Source: Eutreptiella sp. 'Long Island Sound 2002'
Taxonomy: Eukaryota > Protista > Euglenida
Direction of reading: 5' to 3'
DNA: 64,000 nt
NCBI GenBank assembly: GCA_964036045.1
Contig: OZ038378.1
Location: 181,350,001 to 181,414,000, forward strand
Below, piece after piece: positions 35,555-47,602 of the stretch (the first letter of the stretch is position 1; each line of letters starts with the position of its first letter). Made by a program: the position numbers and the translations under genes. The notes beneath the pieces were generated by a model that saw nothing but the letters and a program-made list of their open reading frames with translations, was not told the origin of the DNA and searched no databases.

Positions 35555-36334
35555 GGGGGAATGTTTGCCCGGCGCGCGCCCGGCGCGCTACTTTTAGACT
35601 ATGTTCCCCCCGAAGAGCCCCCAAGCACACCCCTTGGAAACGCCCTTAGAATTAGGTGACCCAAACTGCCCCAGCCCAAGAAAGTTGCAAACTGGGGTAC
35701 ACAGTACCACTCTCGCTCCTTTAAGGGCGATCTTGGTCAACACCTTAGCAAGTTGGGAGAATGGGGGGTTAGGATAGCACAACCGCATCGATCTCCAGTA
35801 GAAGCGATAGGCGTTATTGAGGTATCGTGAACAGTAGAGCTGCATCATAACATTGGTCCCACAAGTGTGGGTGTCAATACATTCAGTACAATAGTGCTCC
35901 TTACACTCATCACAAACTGCGACGGTGGAGCGTTCTGGCAACACAACACACACACTTCTGCCTCATCCTCTGCCTCATCTTGCGTGCCACAACCGAGCAA
36001 ACAGCTGCTCAATGCGTGCCCTATACCACCCGTGCACGTCATTGTAACATTGTTGGCGGGCTGTCAAAGTGCCATTCTTTCTTCCAATGAATGGCACAAT
36101 GACATGAATCCGGCCTGTATAAGCACCATCATGGCCCCCAACTTCAAAATCAAAGAAATCACCTCGGGTACGAGAAGGTCCATACCCATCCCAAATCAAA
36201 ACATCTGCTGATGTCCCGGGGGCCAAGGGGCAAATCCATATAATGTTGCCCAACATATCAACGGCAACAGTCCACCGGTAGGGCACGGGTCACAAAAGAT
36301 GCCCGGCGCGCGCCCGGCGCGCTAACGTTCCCCC
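35555..36334 (-). mobile_element. PHIS/Harbinger-type deletion derivative (780 bp) with transposase, Cys-finger and amino-methyltransferase fragments
   Basis: ATT TSD at 35552-54 and 36335-37. TIR is GGGGGAATGTTTGC versus GGGGGAACGTTAGC. 35978-36286 reads VDMLGNIIWICPLAPGTSAD..DGAY..PF..LT..Q..YN..H..RARIEQLF (DDE_Tnp_4 pattern), then CDECKEHYCTECIDTHTC, then NNAYRFYW..LCYPNPPFSQLAKVLTKI. Confidence 0.85.
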
Positions 36335-36599
36335 ATTATCCTCATCTGCATACCACTCAGGTACCACTCAGTTGCGTGAACTATGATTGACTAGCACGAA
36401 CGATGAGTTTGTACTAGCTCAAGCGTTGGGTCCCTCTACACAAGGTTAGCAGTATTTTCACAATGTGTATGACCGCAATGATCATGGACAAGAGCATCAA
36501 CAGAAGACATTGTGGACGACAGCTTTTCCCCAAAGATGAGAGACCAAAGCCTATCCCTAAGCCAGCTCCTAAACCAGCCCCAAAAGGCAAGCATGTCCA

Positions 36600-38640
36600 G
36601 CTCATGTGAGAGGCAGCCCAGACCCCAGACCCAGGGTTTTGCTTGAGCAGAGGAGGGAGGGGGAAAGGGGATTTGGATTTGGAATTGGTGGCCCATATTA
36701 AGGCTCACAGGACGTTTGGGGCGCACGATGGTGCCCCGGCGACTTTGCACATCTGCCGGCCATACCCTATGAGATGCACACCCCAGGCCCCCGTCCGACC
36801 TTCCCCTGCAAAAGGCCCTGGGCACCTCCAGGTCCTTTGGCAGTATAGGCCACACCCTGCTCAGCTTCCTAGGCGCTCCCGGTACCCCCCTCGGACCTTG
36901 CCGCAGCACCCGCTCCAAGTGTGCCAGGCCTGTCATTCTCTGACCGGCCCGCATCCTGCCTCGTTGGCGTGGGGGGGGCAACTCAATGCACAACCAGGTC
37001 CACGGCCGCGCCGCGCCTTGCCCAAACATCCCTCCGGGTGGCCGTTCCCCACCGGGCCCTGCTTGCCCTACTTTCTTGGGTACATGCTAGGCGCTCACCC
37101 AAAATGTTTGCTCCGCTCCCGTTTCCACCCCGTCGCCCCTGTGCGGTCCCAAGCAGGTGCTTGCCGCCCAACACAAGACGGACTAGCATTCCCCATGCGG
37201 GCTGCTCCGCTGGGCTGCCGGCCGACACTCAACTGCCCACCCCGTGCCCCCACCACCACCCTACACCTGCCAAGCTGCCCAGCAAAGCTTTGAGTTCATC
37301 GAGTTGGTTGGCCGGCTTAGGCGCAGCGTGCTCGTGGGCTATGGTCAAGGCCCACAGGAGTTGTACCCCGCGGCGCGCGGCAGTCAGGTGACGCTGGCGC
37401 CCCGTTGGTGAGGCGCAGGCAATCCCTGCCCAGGGCAGGAGGTGGCACTTGACCAGGGGCGCGCACAGTAACTGGGAGGTCTGCCATGACGGATAGGTGG
37501 GGTCAGGGTGGGGTCAGCTCAAGAGGTACTCATTGTGCTCGTACACCCCGGTCTCAAAGTCCTTGTCCATGTCTAGGGGGGAATGTTTGCCCGGCGCGCT
37601 ACCTTTCTATTAACTATCCTGACTTCAGCCCGAGATTTACCCTTTGATGGAGAAGGCCCCCCAAATAGACCATAATGGACTGCGCACCTTCCCTACAAAG
37701 CACGTTGCATAATTAGACAATAGCTGTGAATTCAACAACTCCAAATGTCATTTGTATTGTACTTAACAAACGGTACTTTGCCTTTACCTTTCCCATAGAT
37801 TTCGCTATGGTAAATGAGTCCCCAAGCCGCAAGCGGTTTGGACGGCGGTTCTGCCTCACGTCACAAGAACGAAGCGCAAACTCAGTATTCACTACATCAC
37901 CCCTTCATGCCTTCTGGGGGTCCCCATGGTGGGGAGAAATCACTATGGCTACATTACCCCTGCTTTCTTGGGGTCCCCATGGTGGGGAGAAATCAACCTA
38001 GTAAGGAGTGGATGTGGTGGAAACGAGCAAAAAAATGGAACAAAATTGGTGAAACTGGGTGAGAATCCAAATATACCATATCCTGAATGTGAAAGAAGCA
38101 TCAAAATACCCGTTGTCAAACAACTATAATGCCCATAGTATCACAAAGTATGGGGTTCTAGGACGGCTAGACGTCCAAATAGTTGCACTGCGCGCGCATC
38201 GCGCTTAATGCACCCCCTAAAGGGTCACCGCTGGGGCACGGGTCAAAAAAGATGCCCAGCGCACCCAGCGCGCTAACGCTCCCCCTAGGTCCACGCCTTG
38301 CACACCGGCGGGCTCATCTAGCTGCAGGTCGGGGACCTCTGGCTCCTTGGGCAGGAAGAGGGTGGCGAGCACCAGCACGAGCCCCTTGGGCACGCAACCT
38401 GCGGGGAACGCCATGAGGGGGCCCTTGCCCATGGGGAAGAGTGCATCCAGGGTCGGGACATGGTCGGGACTCCTGTGGGCCCGCGACCCCGACGCCCTAA
38501 CGGCCATTCGGAGGGCCAGGTTGACCACGGCCGATCTGCGGGCATTCGGCAAGTGGACCTCCCTCCCGCCGACGGCCCACTCGGCAAAGTTCTAGCACCT
38601 CAGGGGCCGCTACTGGCCAACGGGCCTGACCCGTCCACTG
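36600..38640 (-). pseudogene. Unidentified GC-rich coding relic split by the 37577-38285 MITE
   Basis: Removing the MITE and one TAG restores the frame ..PEVPDLQLDEPAGVQGVDL|DMDKDFETGVYEHNEYLLS. Several stops; no family recognised. Confidence 0.4.
37577..38285. mobile_element. PHIS/Harbinger-type MITE, 709 bp
   Basis: TAG TSD at 37574-76 and 38286-88. Termini as in 35555-36334. Near-identical to 42279-42998 but lacks one 11-bp GCCCGGCGCGC unit. Confidence 0.9.
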
Positions 38641-40159
38641 GAAGACGCCGCGACACTACTGTGGTATGCCATGGGCGAGGGCGCCCTTGCGATCGCCAGC
38701 CCGAGCTCTGACCTAGTGGGCTGGGTGTTGCACGCGGCCGTACTCAAATCGCACGGGAGGGGCACATCGCCAGACGTCGTCCTGCAGGTGGGGGAATAAC
38801 CCTCCCACTGCGGCGAGGTTCTAGAGGTGACGTTGATACTAGGGGCTGCTGGGCACGCCCTATTGGAGGGACCGGCACGTCCGTGTCACGCACAACTCAG
38901 CTGCGTGAGATGAGGGGTGGGGGGGGGGGGGGTGAGGGGGCAGCCCCCCGTGCAGGAATGAAAATTCAGGCAAAACCCCGCCCAAACCCGTGCCCACCAC
39001 GTGCAAATAAAGCACATGCTACCAAGAATTAATCTTTTAGGTCTCAATATGGGAATTGTTGCAACCCGAGCGCACCGCGTCTGGTGAACCATCCCAAGAT
39101 GTACCCACCCAAACAGCCCATAGAAACTTGCAAAACCTTAGTTGCAAGCAGAACACCTGTCTTCCTAGGGTTTTTTTTGTGTTCCGGCGCCCGGCGTGTG
39201 CAACAGATCACCAAGAAGAGCTAAAGCCATGAGCACGGATGGACAATGGATCCGTAACAATGTAGAGTCTCCATCTTGTGACCTATAGCTTCACACGGGT
39301 GAGGTGTGTCCCCAAGAGGGACACCGCAGGGTTCCTAGGGATTTTATGATTGCCAATAATTCCCAGGGGCTTCTTGGTCGCTCTTTCGTGGAGGCCTCTT
39401 GATAGTTGTAAATACCACTAGCAAGGTCCCTGGATATACCTGAGCTTTGCACCGTGCCCACATTGTGGCAAGAGCAACCTCATTGAAACAAAACATCAAC
39501 TGGTTTCATTCCGTGATTAAAAAGGCCATAATTGGTTCTGAGTTTTGGCATACCGTTAGGCAAGGGTAGATGAATTTGAGAAAATTTTCCAAAGTGTACT
39601 TTTGTGCTTCTAGGTGTTAAAACTTGGATCATCGCATGACTTGGATTTTGCTTGTAGCTCATTTGTTCCTTGTAGTCTCGGTTTGGCCGACAAGGATACA
39701 CACATGCCCTTTCGGCGCTTATGCTCACTAATGAGGGATGGAGTGCACTGCGAAAAACCTACACCTGAATGGGAGCCTGAGGGGGGCTTACATTTTTTCT
39801 CAAGGGCCCCGACCCCGCATTTCTTGCCCAAGAAATACCATCATATAGTGTTTGTTTATATCTATTATTGAAGTATCGCAGTTTGTCAATGAAGGAATGC
39901 TGTCACCAACCCTACAAATCACCTCCTCCTATTCATTGTTTTGACACACCTATGGAACCGATTGTTTCGATGACAACCACGCTATATACCTGAGTGTTTG
40001 CCCTGCGTGCTACTTTTATGATGACTTTCCCAAATTGAGTCCCCGAGTTTACCATTACGGTATGAAGCCCTCGAGTAGACCAACAGCTGCCTCTTGCCTA
40101 CCAAATGAAGCAACAAACCATCCATGCACAACATTGAACACACTGCCATAGACTGCTAT

Positions 40160-40630
40160 ATCCTCCGGACGGATGGGATCGTAGTCTGGGACCGGTAGCC
40201 GTGTGGCCATTTTGGCGAGCAAGTCCACCTCCCCATTGCGCTGGATTTGCTCACGAACTTGTGCACTGCGGGCCTCGGACTCTTGACGGTGATTGGGGAT
40301 CTACTCCATGATGACTCGCTTGTGTTGCATGTGATCACACACCTTGTGGCAGACGTCAGAATAAGAGCACTCCCGCGTGGGTCGTTTGTCGGTGTGTTTG
40401 GTCATGGTCATGTTGTCGATATACAACTTGTCGCTGTTGGCTGCTATCGCCGTCCCGATGGCCGCGCCGTAAATTTCGACTCTGTATGACTGCTGCGGAC
40501 CCCCGACCCGGGCCAAAATGCGCAATGGCCCTTTTGTCACCGCAGCTCCCGCACCTTGGTACTTGGAGCCCGCGATTTCTACCGTTTGGAGGCTGCCGTC
40601 GGAATACAGAGACGTGCTTTCAGGCTGCTT
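40160..40630 (-). mobile_element. Retroelement relic: complete RNase H domain with one in-frame stop
   Basis: SLYSDGS..QQSYRVEIYGAAIG..LYIDN..VIME*IPNH..RNGEVDLLAK shows all four acidic catalytic positions, with TAG at 40301-03 in the conserved Trp position. A multi-stop frame continues upstream to about 41990. Confidence 0.8.
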
Positions 40631-40640
40631 TTGATTATAC

Positions 40641-40860
40641 CAACCCCTTCAAATGCACCAAAGTGTAGAGGAAGCAAATGTGGTACCCATAGGCCGCCGG
40701 GTTGGTGCCCTAGGTCCCGCGGGGACAAAATCGGACCTAGCTACCTAACCCCGGCCTTCTCGGGGGCCCAAAGATGGGCGGATTGGCTACATAACCGCTG
40801 CCTTCCCAGGGGTCCCACGGGGGTAGGGATCGGAAATAGCCCAAAAAATTGCCCTGCGCA
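40641..40860 (+). repeat. Dispersed repeat family GGCTACATAACCCCTGCCTTCTCGGG
   Basis: Related copies near 16793, 37947, 42660, 50283-50420 (inverted, 3 units) and 61750-61885. The flank CCAACCCCTTCAAATGCACCAAA..GTAGAGGAAGCAAAT..GGTACCCATAG is shared between 40640 and 61801. Confidence 0.8.
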
Positions 40861-42003
40861 CACGCTGCGCGCACCCTACACACCAACACTCCCTCCTTGT
40901 CGGAAGATAACATGCAAAGGGCATGAATCCAACATCCCAAGCGCCAACACAACAAAACAAGCGGATGCCTTCTGTCCGCTCTAGGACCCCAATGCAGCAG
41001 GCATTATGGTTGGTTGTTGCTCCATCATCTCCCGGAGGTCATGCTTGGAGGTCAAGCTCCCCGCACTTCTTTCTCTCTCCCCTTTCTCGGGCCGTCTCTG
41101 TGAGGCACCAATGCGAAGAGAGGCTCCAACCAACCTGTTGAGGCTGCCAAAGAGACAGTTAGTCTATCAGTAGCAGTGGGATACAATCCCCAATCGCCCG
41201 TTGTTGTACACTAAGGATTCCTCAAGACCAATCCACTGTGGCTTCTAGCTATCCCAGCTATCCAAACTCTTCTTGCTCAGTGTCAACATCAATCTCCTCA
41301 TGAGGATCAGCCCACACATGCTCGTTCACAAGGGGCCAAAGACCATAAAAAATGAACAGGCAAGCACATTTGGTACCAAATTGAACAATGCGCAAAATGC
41401 AACAACAGACATATGGAGAGTGGTTCCAATACCCCTGCCCATGCTACACACGCAGCCAATGAATGACAGCTTCGTACACGACGCCTCAGGGAAGTGCCAG
41501 CTTGCTTGGGTTCGTCCCCGTACGAAATGCCTGCTCTCAGAGCACTCCAAAGCAGGTGGTGTGCCTGAATGAAGCCCGTCCTGAGGCTATGCAGGGGACA
41601 GAGCTGAAGGGGCGATGCCCAGTGAGACGTATCGGAAGTGCAGCCGTGGCCGGCAGCAGCGCATGGGGGTTTATGTACAGGCCTGCATGGCTCAGCGGCA
41701 GGAGGAGAAGATGCACCGCCAATATGCAGGAACCAGCACTCAAGGGCCAATCGCTGGTGGGCGGTTGTCGCCAATGCACACACCAAAAAAGAAATATCCG
41801 TAGGTGCGCCTGGACCTCAGCGGTGTTCCCGCCAATCAACAACCGCAGTCGGTCAAGGGCCAACCCGCGTCGGATGACCACCGACCACCAATTGCTCATG
41901 GTAAACCACAGTGAAGGGTGCACCACGGTCATATACGCACCGACCGCCATCAGGTGACCGCAGTCCTGCCACCTCATCTTAAAATACTGCACTTTCAACA
42001 AAT

Positions 42004-42202
42004 CCCCCCGCCCTGTGTCCAGCGAAGAAGGACGTCCTAAAAAAATACGGTCCGAACAGGAGTGTTCGTTGGACACGCCGTTCGGTACTCAATGAACTCG
42101 GTACCTGAACCTGGTACTTAATTGATAAGGTCCCCAAAAAAAATACGGTCCGAACGGAAGTGTTCGTTGGACAATGCATTCGTTGGGCACGGGGGGAGGG
42201 GG
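42004..42202. mobile_element. About 200-bp C-run/G-run-ended element, TACGGTCCGAAC..GTGTTCGTTGGACA family
   Basis: Box AAAATACGGTCCGAACRGRAGTGTTCGTTGGACA occurs twice in direct orientation. Ends are CC(C)TGTGTCCAGCGAA and TTCGTTGGGCACGG. Homologous to 59274-59462 and to the ends of 45119-45706. Confidence 0.75.
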
Positions 42203-42278
42203 AACAACGCTTTGGAGCACACGCTAAGCGGGTGCAGCTCCCCAAGCTTGCTTTTTGCTTGCTGGTGCGAGCCCCCAG

Positions 42279-42998
42279 GGGGGAATGTTTGCCCGGCGCG
42301 CGCCCGGCGCGCTACCTTTCTATTAACTATCCTGACTTCAGCCCGAGATTTACCCTCTGATGGAGAAGGCCCCCCAAATAGACCATAATGGACTGCGCAC
42401 CTTCCCTACAAAGCACGTTGCATAATTAGACAATAGCTGTGAATTCAACAACTCCAAATGTCATTTGTATTGTACTTAACAAACGGTACTTTGCCTTTAC
42501 CTTTCCCATAGATTTCGCTATGGTAAATGAGTCCCCAAGCCGCAAGCGGTTTGGACGGCGGTTCTGCCTCACGTCACAAGAACGAAGCGCAAACTCAGTA
42601 TTCACCACATCACCCCTTCATGCCTTCTGGGGGTCCCCATGGTGGGGAGAAATCACTATGGCTACATTACCCCTGCTTTCTTGGGGTCCCCATGGTGGGG
42701 AGAAATCAACCTAGTAAGGAGTGGATGTGGTGGAAACGAGCAAAAAAATGGAACAAAATTGGTGAAACTGGGTGAGAATCCAAATATACCATATCCCGGA
42801 TGTGAAAGAAGCATCAAAATACCCGTTGTCAAACAACTATAATGCCCATAGTATCACAAAGTATGGGGTTCTAGGACGGCTAGACGTCCAAATAGTTGCA
42901 CTGCGCGCGCACTGCGCTTAGTGCACCCCCTAAAAGGTCACCAGTGGGGCACGGGTCAAAAAAGATGCCCAGCGCACCCGGCGCGCTAACACTCCGCC
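42279..42998. mobile_element. PHIS/Harbinger-type MITE, 720 bp
   Basis: CAG TSD at 42276-78 and 42999-43001. About ten substitutions by eye relative to 37577-38285. Confidence 0.9.
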
Positions 42999-43622
42999 CA
43001 GGCCTCGCAGGTTCCACTGCATATGTGGGGAGGGGACACCGTGGGTGATGGGCCTGGGGTTGGAGTGGAGACTGGCCTGGGCCTACTTGCTGCAGGGCAC
43101 AGGGGTATCCCTGCGCCAATAGCTGTCTATGAGACCCCTGTCGCAGACAAACGAACATGCACATGGGGATGCGCATTGCAATTCACAGTGGTCATGTGTT
43201 CCGACAAAGGTGAAGCGTCTGTGGGCGCCTGTGTACATGTAGGCGACGGCACATCAACGGGGTATGCCACTGACCGCACACGTCAGGAGCTGGGCTACTT
43301 CATCTATACAGTGACCGGGCAGTCTGACATCCCCACAAGCCCACAATCAGCCTTAGACATTCGCATACACATTATATACACTCAGCAACAGTGCAACATC
43401 CCCGTTGAGGGTCCTGCTGCGTTGTGGGTGAAGAAGCTTCATTGGCAATAGCAAAGCGGGCTGGTTGTACAAGATGATGTTTGTTTTCACGGTTTGGCCG
43501 TCTTGAGGAGGTTGTGGGGCCTTTGTGGCCTGGGATGCCTATTTGTGGTCGAATTATCTGCCCCAATTGCCATCCGACCGTTTCGTAGCAACCAGAATCT
43601 TCTCTCAAAAGCCTCTGCAACG

Positions 43623-43676
<54 letters not shown>
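43623..43676. repeat. (ACA)18 microsatellite
   Basis: Perfect 54-nt trinucleotide run. Confidence 0.95.
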
Positions 43677-45118
43677 GGAACAGCTCTGGCAATCGCTCTT
43701 GACATCTGCTTCACTGCCTGTCCGCGATTCCAGCACACCGGGGGTAGACCCCACCCCCCTTCCACAGAATGGGCAAAACGCCAGGCTGAGCGCAAAAAGT
43801 GCGGTCCGAGGCCCCATCTCCTAACGAGGTGCTCAGACAAGGCGGGGTAATCCATATGGTTCGTTACAGGGTTGGGTGGGTCAACAAAAGGTGCGTGTGT
43901 TTAGGTTAGGGCATATGAATACGCGCATCCAGTCAAAGATACACTGATCCGCACCTGTTGAGGGGCCTACTGCTTTGTGATCAGCCGCGATGTACCCTCA
44001 ACCCCGGCACCTGGAGGAGACAGTCGGCAAGTGACCCCCCCCCCCCCCTGGGTGGACGCCACCGCAGGCAAACACTTTTTGGCCAATACATCACGCAGTT
44101 CACAGCCAGTCAGGTGCTAGCTGATGCTGGCCGGCTCACACAGCAGGTCAACGAACGTTTATCTGCCACTAGCCCCCCCAAGCCACCCCCATCCCAACCC
44201 CCCCCGACCTGTTCCCTTGACCCCTATGGCTTGCCCCCCTGCTTACGTCTAGACATGCATCCTGGTACCTCCCTCACACCTCTGAAGCCTCATTGCCAAC
44301 TTGATGTGATTCCTGATTCCTGTGTGTAGGTGCCCATAGATCGGTGTCAAAATTGCTGGGCTTCTTTGGACTTGCTGCTGTATTGGCCAGGCGGCGTGTG
44401 GAGGGGGTCCAGAGGGGCGTGGGAGGGGGGGGGTGGTTGGCACGAGGCCATGGTGGGAGGGCAACCAACAGCATTATATCGTTAACCGTCGGCAGCTGGT
44501 GGTCAACTACGCCCTTCACTGTAGGGTCTTGGAGACAGGGCGTAAGGGACGGTGCAGGGGCAAGGGGCGCTTCGCGTGCAGCGCTCCGTAGCGACCCTCG
44601 ATTGCCTCAGGGATGCCCAGGCACGACCTTAACATGCGCCTATGTTCGAATGGGGGAGCTTTGATCTCACCCAAAAGGGCGTGCCGTACGATGAGATCCC
44701 AGAGTCCAAGAGAGGGCAGGAGGGCTGCTGCTGGGGAATTAGGAGGCAACGATCCTGACCGGACGAAGCACAAAAGAGCGGACTGCACCAAAATGAGTCC
44801 TGCAGGTAAACAGTGGGCGGTTAGGTCTGCTGTTGTTTATTTTTGGTTTTGGCTGCGGAAGGTCAGGGAGGCGACAGGAGAAGCGACTCCCCTACAGCTC
44901 CGATACGACTCTGATGCAACTCCTGTGCACCTTCAATTCGCGTCCACTACCCCTTGTACACCACCCGTACGCGACTTGAATGCATCGGAGCCTCCACTAC
45001 GGCTCCCAGGCTTAACCAAACCCCTGCTGAAAAAAATGGTTACGCACTGGAAACACGAAATGGTTGTTGGCAATGTGTTTGGGGTGCACGTCAGATACAC
45101 ACACCAAGCCTCTTGGTA

Positions 45119-45706
45119 CCCGCCCCCGTGTCCAACGAACAATTTGTCCTCAAAAAATACGGTCCAAACAGGAGTGTTCGTTGGGCACGCCGTTCGGTGC
45201 ACGCGACAAAATTGCAAAACGGCGGTAACACATCCCCAGGCACAAGACACCCAGCCCATCCAAATTACACAGCGATGGAGGCCTCCAAATTGGCGCTTTT
45301 CAGAGTAGAAACCCTTGTTGCAGCCCCGCTCCATGCGGAAAAGCTGAACATGCCCCCCGGGCTTGGGGCCCTCCTTGTTCTTGGCACAGGCAGAAGTGGC
45401 AGCCTGATCTGGCTTAGGGACCTTTGGGAAGGACATCGCTTGTATAGCACCTCCCGGCCAGAGAATGAGTCATGGTGGGCAATAGAGGTCCTGTAGTTGA
45501 GGGACACAATTCCCTCACATCCTGCTTTACAAATTTACCCACAGTTACTCACTACAACCCCTCATTCCCCAAATCCTTTGGCCTGAAACCTCGATTCTGA
45601 AGCCCGGTACATAATTAAGTACGTAATTAATCATGTCCTCAAAACATACGGTCCAAATGGAAGTGTTCGTTGGACACGGCATTCGTTGGACACGGGGGGG
45701 GGGGGG
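45119..45706. mobile_element. Longer member of the TACGGTCCGAAC family with unidentified cargo
   Basis: TA|CCCGCCCCCGTGTCCAACGAAC ... TTCGTTGGACAC-G13. Direct boxes near 45153 and 45641. No TA visible on the right. Confidence 0.7.
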
Positions 45707-47602
45707 ATGCACACGACATCAACACGCGGACAAACCCAGTGCGCTTGTTTGGGCCGTTGCAATGCATGGGAGGTCCTTGAGGGCAGACAAGAACACAAAA
45801 GCCACTGCCAGCGGAGTGTAAGGGCTGTAGACTGGCCGCCGATCGACGGAGGTTGGTCGATGGAGCACCGTAGGGGGAAAGCGCTGGCGCGTTACCGGTG
45901 GCCGCCGGTGGCTACCGGACGGTGCAGGCACTGCACCGATGGCCGTTGGCACTTGACACGGGGATTGGGGCGCAACTGCAGAGGTGCTCTGCCGAGGGCA
46001 TTCCGATTGTCTGCCAACGTTAGCCCCAGGGAGGCATCGTGGGACGTCGCCGCACAGGGCCCCACGAGCCAAGGCAAGGGGACTTAACACCGACAGGGGC
46101 CGTCAGCGGCAGTTGGCTATGGGTTTCTCCCTCCTTTCACCCCCCCTTCATGCCGGCAGTGGGGGGTCACAGCTACGCACGCCGGTCCAACAACAGGGAG
46201 GACCACCAGCACTCCAAGGAGCTCGCTCCAACGGGGGACCACAGGCACCGATCTTAGGACCAAGACGGCACGACCGTGCTACCCCTGAGCACAGAAGGCT
46301 AGTGCCACCGCTTGTATTATTTCCACCCTCGTGAGAGTCCCACCAAGGCCCCAAATTTTTCGACAAATGGCGGCTTCAGAGCGGCTCAGTAAGATAGTGC
46401 AGCATCGTTGGGATGAGTGCAGAGGACACGGTAAACAGTGGTATTGTGGAAGCATGTACAACTGCCATGAGGCATCAAAATTCTAGAAAGCAAGCTCATA
46501 ACACAGGGGGTGGTCTGGAGGACTTGAACGGCAACCGGAGTCGCGTCCAATGGGAATCCAAACTCTCGGGTTCGTATCGGAATGCAGTCGTGACTGCCAG
46601 AGCAGACCGCGCTTCTGCTGTTGCCGGGTGCCCTCATGGGGACCCGCACGGGTGACAGCCACACTGGCTCTGCATCCACATCGTATGCCCCTGGGCCCCT
46701 GGGACTGCAAAATGACATGAGACATCGCAAAGCGCAGGAGAAAATGCATCAACAGCGGCGGCTAAAAAAAGAAAGCTGCGTCGACCACTTTGACTCGCAT
46801 GCCAGGCCTGCGTTGCAGCAGAAGAGCAACAGCTGGGCCGAGCACCAACGGTGCTGTTTGGGGCCCCGTCTCTGGACAATCCGGTGCTTTGAAAAGGCGG
46901 GGGCCATCATATGGTCCTGCGGCGGCAGCATGGGTGGGGGGGGGGGGGGGTCGGGGGGAGGCGTCAGGAGCAGGTCCACTGCGACTCACCGACTCGAAAA
47001 GTAGGACCGGGGGTGGGGGGGGGAGGGTCACAACAACGTCATATCTACGTCACGCGGCGACGATTTTGAGATTGAGGGACGGCCAGCCAAAGGGCGCCAC
47101 AGGGTGGCTCGCCGTCTACGAGCACAGGTCCTGTGAAGCCGCCCCCATTGCTGCGGCCCCGGTGGTGCGCACTGGAACGCATCGCGCGCGCTCAAGTCAG
47201 AGTGTCAGGGCGTCAAAGAGCTGATACCCAAAGCCGAAAGACCATACCTCTGACCTGGACACCGCCCTCCCTCGGCCACACCAGCCCCCCGACTGGGGGC
47301 GCCGCGCCCGTTCCGTGGACGCCCCCCCCCCCCCCGCCTCCGTCCCCCACCGCCGCTCCTTTTGAAATTTGGTCCCCCGGGGGGCGACCAAGAAATCCCA
47401 CAAGAAGAGGGCAGGGGCGCCGGATAAATGTTGCCCTCATCCCCCGCATCCCCCGCTGGTGCTGGTGGGTGGAGGCGTACGCCCTCAGTGTGACCCCACG
47501 GGGGCAGTCCGGTACAGTTCTGGACCCAACACCTGCGGCGGGGGGGCATTGGGTGCCCGGAAGAGGGGGGGGGGGGGGGGGGCTTTCCGTTGGCTGACGG
47601 GG

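Noticed and set aside
1671-40303. UAG recoding, suggested by the CUA tRNA-like gene and the TAG at a conserved Trp of RNase H (40301)
   Set aside because: PPDK ends at a normal TAG, no intact gene has an internal TAG, the tRNA stems are broken, and TGG-to-TAG is a common decay mutation.
43372-43855. Poly-Gln, poly-Thr, poly-Leu, poly-Val and poly-Cys ORFs
   Set aside because: They are translations of the (ACA)18 microsatellite.
43958-45110. Long plus-strand ORFs as a gene or retroelement protein
   Set aside because: No recognisable domain, and the longest ORF reads into the 45119 element. It may be a relic, but I cannot support a call.
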